From contig OZ024744.1 in assembly GCA_964016885.1 (NCBI GenBank), forward strand, positions 3,410,001 to 3,474,000: a stretch of DNA of 64,000 bases, given 5' to 3'. Both the position numbers and the translations under genes were made by a program. Below are positions 54,001-62,610 of this stretch, piece by piece. Positions within the stretch are counted from its first letter, which is position 1. Each line of letters starts with the position of its first letter. Below the pieces are notes generated by a model. The model saw nothing but the letters and a program-made list of their open reading frames with translations, made no database searches and was not told the origin of the DNA. Source of the DNA: Eledone cirrhosa (taxonomy: Eukaryota).

Positions 54001-55775
54001 TTTTGGGAGAAGACAAGGTCGAGAAAGATAGCTTGGTGAAGAACGAAGTTTTGAGGGAAGACAATGTAGAGAAAGATAGCTTGGTGAAGAACGAAGTTTT
54101 GGGGGAAGACAAGGTAGAGAAAGATAGCTTGGTGAAGAACGAAGTTTTGAGGGAAGACAAGGTAGAGAAAGATAGCTTGGTGAAGAACGACGTTTTTTGG
54201 GAAGACAAGGTAGAGAAAGATAGCTTGGTGAAGAACGAAGTTTTGTGGGAAGACAAGGTAGAGAAAGATAGCTTGCTGAAGAACGAAGTTTTGGGGGAAG
54301 ACAAGGTAGAGAAAGATAGCTTGGTGAAGAACGAAGTTTTGGGGGAAGACAAGGTAGAGAAAGATAGCTTGGTGAACAACGAAGTTTTGGGGGAAGACAA
54401 GGTAGAGAAAGATAGCTTGGTGAAGAACGAAGTTTTGGGGAAGACAATGTAGAGAAAGATATATTGGTGAAGAACGAAGTTTTGGGGGAAGACAAGGTAG
54501 AGAAAGATAGCTTGGTGAAGAACGAAGTTTTGAGGGAAGACAAGGTAGAGAAAGATAGCTTGGTGAAGAACGACGTTTTGTGGGAAGACAAGGTAGAGAA
54601 ACATAGCTTGGTGAAGAACGAGGTTTTGTGGGAAGACAAGGTAGAGAAAGATAGCTTGGTGAAGAACGAAGTTTTGGGGGAAGACAAGGTAGAGAAAGAT
54701 AGCTTGGTGAAGAACGAAGTTTTGGGGGAAACAAGGTAGAGAAAGATAGCTTGGTGAAGAACGAAGTTTTGGGGGAAATCAAGGTAGAGAATAATAGTTT
54801 GGTGAAGAACGAAGTTTTGGGGGAAGACAAGGTAGAGAAAGATAGCTTGGTGAAGAACGACGTTTTGAGGGAAGACAAGGTAGAGAAAGATAGCTTGGTG
54901 AAGAACGAAGTTTTGGGGAAGACAATGTAGAGAAAGATAGCTTGGTGAAGAACGAAGTTTTGGAGGAAGACAAGGTAGAGAAAGATAGCTTGGTGAAGAA
55001 CGAACTTTTGGGGAAAGACAAGGTAGAGAAAGATAGCTTGGTGAAGAACGAAGTTTTGGGGGAAGACAAGGTAGAGAAAGATAGCTTGGTGAAGAACGAA
55101 GTTTTGGGGGAAGACAAGGTAGAGAAAGATAGCTTGGTGAAGAACGAAGTTTTGGGGAAGACAATGTAGAGAAAGATAGCTTGGTGAAGAACGAAGTTTT
55201 GGGGGAAGACAAGGTAGAGAAAGATAGCTTGGTGAATAACAAAGTTTTGGGAGAAGACAAGGTCGAGAAAGATAGCTTGGTGAAGAACGAAATTTTGAGG
55301 GAAGACAAGGTAGAGAAAGATAGCTTGGTGAAGAACGACGTTTTGAGGGAAGACAAGATAGAGAAAGATAGCTTGGTGAAGAACGACGTTTTGTGGGAAG
55401 ACAAGGTAGAGAAAGATAGCTTGGTGAAGAACGAAGTTTTGGGGGAAGACAAGGTAGAGAAAGATAGCTTGGTGAAGAACGAAGTTTTGGGGAAGACAAT
55501 GTAGAGAAAGATATATTGGTGAAGAACGAAGTTTTGGGGGAAGACAAGGTAGAGAAAGATAGCTTGGTGAAGAACGAAGTTTTGAGGGAAGACAAGGTAG
55601 AGAAAGATAGCTTTGTGAAGAACGAAGTTTTGGGGAAGACAATGTAGAGAAAGATAGCTTGGTGAAGAACGAAGTTTTGGAGGAAGACAAGGTAGAGAAA
55701 GATAGCTTGGTGAAGAACGAAGTTTTGGGGAAAGACAAGGTAGAGAAAGATAGCTTGGTGAAGAACGAAGTTTTG
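51066..55775 (+). repeat. Tandem duplication, period 2,345 bp (49 monomers); offset becomes 2,344 after a private 1-bp deletion at ~54730
   Basis: 51113>53458, 51640>53985 and 52119>54464 are +2,345; 52598>54942 and 52837>55181 are +2,344. Markers are GACGTTTTTTGGG 51844/54189, CTTGCTGAAG 51927/54272 and GAGGTTTTGTGG 52275/54620. Confidence 0.88.
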
Positions 55776-58700
55776 GGGGAAGTCAAGGTAGAGAAAGATA
55801 GCTTGGTGAAGAACGAAGTTTTGGGGGAAGACAAGGTAGAGAAAGATAGCTTGGTGAAGAACGAAGTTTTGGGGAAGACAATGTAGAGAAAGATAGCTTG
55901 GTGAAGAACGAAGTTTTGGGGGAAGACAAGGTAGAGAAAGATAGCTTGGTGAATAACAAAGTTTTGGGAGAAGACAAGGTCGAGAAAGATAGCTTGGTGA
56001 AGAACGAAATTTTGAGGGAAGACAAGGTAGAGAAAGATAGCTTGGTGAAGAACGACGTTTTGAGGGAAGGCAAGATAGAGAAAGATAGCTTGGTGAAGAA
56101 CGACGTTTTGTGGGAAGACAAGGTAGAGAAAGATAGCTTGGTGAAGAACGAAGTTTTGGGGGAAGACAAGGTAGAGAAAGATAGCTTGGTGAAGAACGAA
56201 GTTTTGGGGGAAGACAAGGTAGAGAAAGATAGCTTGGTGAAGAACGATGTTTTGGGGAAGACAATGTAGAGAAAGATAGCTTGGTGAAGAGCGAAGTTTT
56301 GGGGGAAGACAAGGTAGAGAAAGATAGCTTGGTGAAGAACGAAGTTTTGAGGGAAGACAAGGTATAGAAAGATAGCTTGGTGAATAACGAAGTTTTGGGA
56401 GAAGACAAGGTCGAGAAAGATAGCTTGGTGAAGAACGAAGTTTTGAGGGAAGACAAGGTAGAGAAAGATAGCTTGGTGAAGAACGAAGTTTTGGGGGAAG
56501 ACAAGGTAGAGAAAGATAGCTTGGTGAAGAACGAAGTTTTGGGGGAAGACAAGGTAGAGAAAGATAGCTTGGTGAAGAACGAAGTTTTGAGGGAAGACAA
56601 GGTAGAGAAAGATAGCTTGGTGAAGAACGACGTTTTGTGGGAAGACAAGGTAGAGAAAGATAGCTTGGTGAAGAACGAAGTTTTGTGGGAAGACAAGGTA
56701 GAGAAAGATAGCTTGGTGAAGAACGAAGTTTTGGGGGAAGACAAGGTAGAGAAAGATAGCTTGGTGAACAACGAAGTTTTGGGGGAAGACAAGGTAGAGA
56801 AAGATAGCTTGGTGAAGAACGAAGTTTTGGGGAAGACAATGTAGAGAAAGATATATTGGTGAAGAACGAAGTTTTGGGGGAAGACAAGGTAGAGAAAGAT
56901 AGCTTGGTGAAGAACGAAGTTTTGAGGGAAGACAAGGTAGAGAAAGATATCTTGGTGAATAACGAAGTTTTGGGAGAAGACAAGGTAGAGAAAGATAGCT
57001 TGGTGAAGAACGACGTGTTGAGGGAAGACAAGGTAGAGAAAGATAGCTTGGTGAAGAACGAAGTTTTGGGGAAGACAATGTAGAGAAAGATAGCTTGGTG
57101 AAGAACGAAGTTTTGGGGGAAGACAAGGTAGAGAAAGATAGCTTGGTGAAGAACGAAGTTTTGGGGGGAAGACAAGGTAGAGAAAGATAGCTTGGTGAAG
57201 AACGACGTTTTGTGGGAAGACAAGGTAGAGAAAGATAGCTTGGTGAAGAACGAAGTTTTGGGGAAAGACAAGGTAGAGAAAGATAGCTTGGTGAAGAACG
57301 AAATTTTGGGGGAAGACAAGGTAGAGAAAGATAGCTTGGTGAAGAACGAAGTTTTGGGGGAAGACAAGGTAGAGAAAGATAGCTTGGTGAAGAACGAAGT
57401 TTTGGGGAAGACAATGTAGAGAAAGATAGCTTGGTGAAGAACGAAGTTTTGGGGGAAGACAAGGTAGAGAAAGATAGCTTGGTGAAGAACGAAGTTTTGG
57501 GGGAAGTCAAGGTAGAGAAAGATAGCTTGGTGAAGAACGAAGTTTTGGGGGAAGACAAGGTAGAGAAAGATAGCTTGGTGAAGAACGAAGTTTTGGGGAA
57601 GACAATGTAGAGAAAGATAGCTTGGTGAAGAACGAAGTTTTGGGGGAAGACAAGGTAGAGAAAGATAGCTTGGTGAATAACAAAGTTTTGGGAGAAGACA
57701 AGGTCGAGAAAGATAGCTTGGTGAAGAACGAAATTTTGAGGGAAGACAAGGTAGAGAAAGATAGCTTGGTGAAGAACGACGTTTTGAGGGAAGGCAAGAT
57801 AGAGAAAGATAGCTTGGTGAAGAACGACGTTTTGTGGGAAGACAAGGTAGAGAAAGATAGCTTGGTGAAGAACGAAGTTTTGGGGGAAGACAAGGTAGAG
57901 AAAGATAGCTTGGTGAAGAACGAAGTTTTGGGGGAAGACAAGGTAGAGAAAGATAGCTTGGTGAAGAACGATGTTTTGGGGAAGACAATGTAGAGAAAGA
58001 TAGCTTGGTGAAGAGCGAAGTTTTGGGGGAAGACAAGGTAGAGAAAGATAGCTTGGTGAAGAACGAAGTTTTGAGGGAAGACAAGGTATAGAAAGATAGC
58101 TTGGTGAATAACGAAGTTTTGGGAGAAGACAAGGTCGAGAAAGATAGCTTGGTGAAGAACGAAGTTTTGAGGGAAGACAAGGTAGAGAAAGATAGCTTGG
58201 TGAAGAACGAAGTTTTGGGGGAAGACAAGGTAGAGAAAGATAGCTTGGTGAAGAACGAAGTTTTGGGGGAAGACAAGGTAGAGAAAGATAGCTTGGTGAA
58301 GAACGAAGTTTTGAGGGAAGACAAGGTAGAGAAAGATAGCTTGGTGAAGAACGACGTTTTGTGGGAAGACAAGGTAGAGAAAGATAGCTTGGTGAAGAAC
58401 GAAGTTTTGTGGGAAGACAAGGTAGAGAAAGATAGCTTGGTGAAGAACGAAGTTTTGGGGGAAGACAAGGTAGAGAAAGATAGCTTGGTGAACAACGAAG
58501 TTTTGGGGGAAGACAAGGTAGAGAAAGATAGCTTGGTGAAGAACGAAGTTTTGGGGAAGACAATGTAGAGAAAGATATATTGGTGAAGAACGAAGTTTTG
58601 GGGGAAGACAAGGTAGAGAAAGATAGCTTGGTGAAGAACGAAGTTTTGAGGGAAGACAAGGTAGAGAAAGATAGCTTGGTGAATAACGAAGTTTTGGGAG

Positions 58701-59210
58701 AAGACAAGGTAGAGAAAGATAGCTTGGTGAAGAACGACGTGTTGAGGGAAGACAAGGTAGAGAAAGATAGCTTGGTGAAGAACGAAGTTTTGGGGAAGAC
58801 AATGTAGAGAAAGATAGCTTGGTGAAGAACGAAGTTTTGGGGGAAGACAAGGTAGAGAAAGATAGCTTGGTGAAGAACGAAGTTTTGGGGGGAAGACAAG
58901 GTAGAGAAAGATAGCTTGGTGAAGAACGACGTTTTGTGGGAAGACAAGGTAGAGAAAGATAGCTTGGTGAAGAACGAAGTTTTGGGGAAAGACAAGGTAG
59001 AGAAAGATAGCTTGGTGAAGAACGAAATTTTGGGGGAAGACAAGGTAGAGAAAGATAGCTTGGTGAAGAACGAAGTTTTGGGGGAAGACAAGGTAGAGAA
59101 AGATAGCTTGGTGAAGAACGAAGTTTTGGGGAAGACAATGTAGAGAAAGATAGCTTGGTGAAGAACGAAGTTTTGGGGGAAGACAAGGTAGAGAAAGATA
59201 GCTTGGTGAA
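55755..59210 (+). repeat. Tandem duplication, period 1,724 bp (36 monomers)
   Basis: 55898>57622, 56377>58101, 56856>58580 and 57192>58916. Markers are GGCAAGATAG 56069/57793, GAAGAGCGAAG 56286/58010, GACGTGTTG 57012/58736 and a G6 run at 57163/58887. Confidence 0.88.
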
Positions 59211-59489
59211 TAACAAAGTTTTGGGAGAAGACAAGGTCGAGAAAGATAGCTTGGTGAAGAACGAAATTTTGAGGGAAGACAAGGTAGAGAAAGATAGCTT
59301 GGTGAAGAACGACGTTTTGAGGGAAGACAAGATAAAGAAAGATAGCTTGGTGAAGAACGACGTTTTGTGGGAAGACAAGGTAGAGAAAGATAGCTTGGTG
59401 AAGAACGAAGTTTTGGGGGAAGACAAGGTAGAGAAAGATAGCTTGGTGAAGAACGAAGTTTTGGGGGAAGACAAGGTAGAGAAAGATAG

Positions 59490-62400
59490 CTTGGTGAAGA
59501 ACGATGTTTTGGGGAAGACAATGTAGAGAAAGATAGCTTGGTGAAGAACGAAGTTTTGGGGGAAGACAAGGTAGAGAAAGATAGCTTGGTGAAGAACGAA
59601 GTTTTGAGGGAAGACAAGGTATAGAAAGATAGCTTGGTGAATAACGAAGTTTTGGGAGAAGACAAGGTAGAGAAAGATAGCTTGGTGAAGAACGAAGTTT
59701 TGAGGGAAGACAATGTAGAGAAAGATAGCTTGGTGAAGAACGAAGTTTTGGGGGAAGACAAGGTAGAGAAAGATAGCTTGGTGAAGAACGAAGTTTTGGG
59801 GGAAGACAAGGTAGAGAAAGATAGCTTGGTGAAGAACGAAGTTTTGAGGGAAGACAAGGTAGAGAAAGGTAGCTTGGTGAAGAACGACGTTTTGTGGGAA
59901 GACAAGGTAGAGAAAGATAGCTTGGTGAAGAACGAAGTTTTGTGGGAAGACAAGGTAGAGAAAGATAGCTTGGTGAAGAACGAAGTTTTGGGGGAAGACA
60001 AGGTAGAGAAATATAGCTTGGTGAAGAACGAAGTTTTGGGGGAAGACAAGGTAGAGAAAGATAGCTTGGTGAACAACGAAGTTTTGGGGGAAGACAAGGT
60101 AGAGAAAGATAGCTTGGTGAAGAACGAAGTTTTGGGGAAGACAATGTAGAGAAAGATATATTGGTGAAGAACGAAGTTTTGGGGGAAGACAAGGTAGAGA
60201 AAGATAGCTTGGTGAAGAACAAAGTTTTGAGGGAAGACAAGGTAGAGAAAGATAGATTGGTGAATAACGAAGTTTTGGGAGAAGACAAGGTAGAGAAAGA
60301 TAGCTTGGTGAAGAACGACGTTTTGAGGGAAGACAAGGTAGAGAAGGATAGCTTGGTGAAGAACGAAGTTTTGGGGAAGACAATGTAGAGAAAGATAGCT
60401 TGGTGAAGAACGAAGTTTTGGGGGAAGACAAGGTAGAGAAAGATAGCTTGGTGAAGAACGAAGTTTTGGGGGGAAGACAAGGTAGAGAAAGATAGCTTGG
60501 TGAAGAACGACGTTTTGAGGGAAGACAAGGTAGAGAAAGATAGCTTGGTGAAGAACGAAGTTATGGGGAAGACAATGTAGAGAAAGATAGCTTGGTGAAG
60601 AACGAAGTTTTGGGGGAAGACAAGGTAGAGAAAGATAGCTTGGTGAAGAACGAAGTTTTGGGGGAAGACAAGGTAGAGAAAGATAGATTGGTGATGAACG
60701 AAGTTTTGAGGGATGACAAGGTAGAGAAAGATGACTTGGTGAAGAACGAAGTTTTGGGGGAAGACAAGGTAGAGAAAGATAGCTTGGTGAAGAACGAAGT
60801 TTTGGGGGAAGACAAGGTAGAGAAAGATAGCTTGGTGAAGAAGGAAGTTTTGGGGGAAGACAAGGTAGAGAAATATAGCTTGGTGAAGAACGAAGTTTTG
60901 AGGGAAGACAAGGTAGAGAAAGATAGCTTGGTGAAGAACGAAGTTTTGAGGGAAGACAAGGTATAGAAAGATAGCTTGGTGAATAACGAAGTTTTGGGAG
61001 AAGACAAGGTAGAGAAAGATAGCTTGGTGAAGAACGAAGTTTTGGGGGAAGACAAGGTAGAGAAAGATAGCTTGGTGAAGAACGAAGTTTTGGGGGAAGA
61101 CAAGGTAGAGAAAGATAGCTTGGTGAAGAAGGAAGTTTTGGGGGAAGACAAGGTAGAGAAATATAGCTTGGTGAAGAACGAAGTTTTGAGGGAAGACAAG
61201 GTAGAGAAAGATAGCTTGGTGAAGAACGAAGTTTTGAGGGAAGACAAGGTATAGAAAGATAGCTTGGTGAATAACGAAGTTTTGGGAGAAGACAAGGTAG
61301 AGAAAGATAGCTTGGTGAAGAACGAAGTTTTGAGGGAAGACAAGGTAGAGAAAGATAGCTTGGTGAAGAACGATGTTTTGGGGAAGACAATGTAGAGAAA
61401 GATAGCTTGGTGAAGAACGAAGTTTTGGGGGAAGACAAGGTAGAGAAAGATAGCTTGGTGAAGAACGAAGTTTTGAGGGAAGACAAGGTATAGAAAGATA
61501 GCTTGGTGAATAACGAAGTTTTGGGAGAAGACAAGGTAGAGAAAGATAGCTTGGTGAAGAACGAAGTTTTGAGGGAAGACAATGTAGAGAAAGATAGCTT
61601 GGTGAAGAACGAAGTTTTGGGGGAAGACAAGGTAGAGAAAGATAGCTTGGTGAAGAACGAAGTTTTGGGGGAAGACAAGGTAGAGAAAGATAGCTTGGTG
61701 AAGAACGAAGTTTTGAGGGAAGACAAGGTAGAGAAAGGTAGCTTGGTGAAGAACGACGTTTTGTGGGAAGACAAGGTAGAGAAAGATAGCTTGGTGAAGA
61801 ACGAAGTTTTGTGGGAAGACAAGGTAGAGAAAGATAGCTTGGTGAAGAACGAAGTTTTGGGGGAAGACAAGGTAGAGAAAGATAGCTTGGTGAAGAACAA
61901 AGTTTTGAGGGAAGACAAGGTAGAGAAAGATAGATTGGTGAATAACGAAGTTTTGGGAGAAGACAAGGTAGAGAAAGATAGCTTGGTGAAGAACGACGTT
62001 TTGAGGGAAGACAAGGTAGAGAAAGATAGCTTGGTGAAGAACGAAGTTTTGGGGAAGACAATGTAGAGAAAGATAGCTTGGTGAAGAACGAAGTTTTGGG
62101 GGAAGACAAGGTAGAGAAAGATAGCTTGGTGAAGAACGAAGTTTTGGGGGGAAGACAAGGTAGAGAAAGATAGCTTGGTGAAGAACGACGTTTTGAGGGA
62201 AGACAAGGTAGAGAAAGATAGCTTGGTGAAGAACGAAGTTATGGGGAAGACAATGTAGAGAAAGATAGCTTGGTGAAGAACGAAGTTTTGGGGGAAGACA
62301 AGGTAGAGAAAGATAGCTTGGTGAAGAACGAAGTTTTGGGGGAAGACAAGGTAGAGAAAGATAGATTGGTGATGAACGAAGTTTTGAGGGATGACAAGGT

Positions 62401-62610
62401 AGAGAAAGATGACTTGGTGAAGAACGAAGTTTTGGGGGAAGACAAGGTAGAGAAAGATAGCTTGGTGAAGAACGAAGTTTTGGGGGAAGACAAGGTAGAG
62501 AAAGATAGCTTGGTGAAGAAGGAAGTTTTGGGGGAAGACAAGGTAGAGAAATATAGCTTGGTGAAGAACGAAGTTTTGAGGGAAGACAAGGTAGAGAAAG
62601 ATAGCTTGGT
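59490..62610 (+). repeat. Imperfect duplication with offsets 1,869 then 1,678 bp
   Basis: 59634>61503 is +1,869 (marker AAAGGTAGC). 60161>61839 and 60592>62270 are +1,678 (markers AACAAAG, GTGATGAAC, G6 run, GTTATGGGG). Confidence 0.78.
60736..61311 (+). repeat. Tandem duplication of a 6-monomer (288 bp) unit
   Basis: AAGAAGGAAG is at 60838 and 61126. AAATATAGC and GTATAG also recur at +288. Confidence 0.9.

Noticed and set aside
2180-62151. G4 and G6 run-length variants as homopolymer sequencing errors
   Set aside because: G4 is linked to a downstream G>T. G6 always sits two monomers after a 47-bp monomer and recurs at exact duplication offsets, so both behave as inherited variants.
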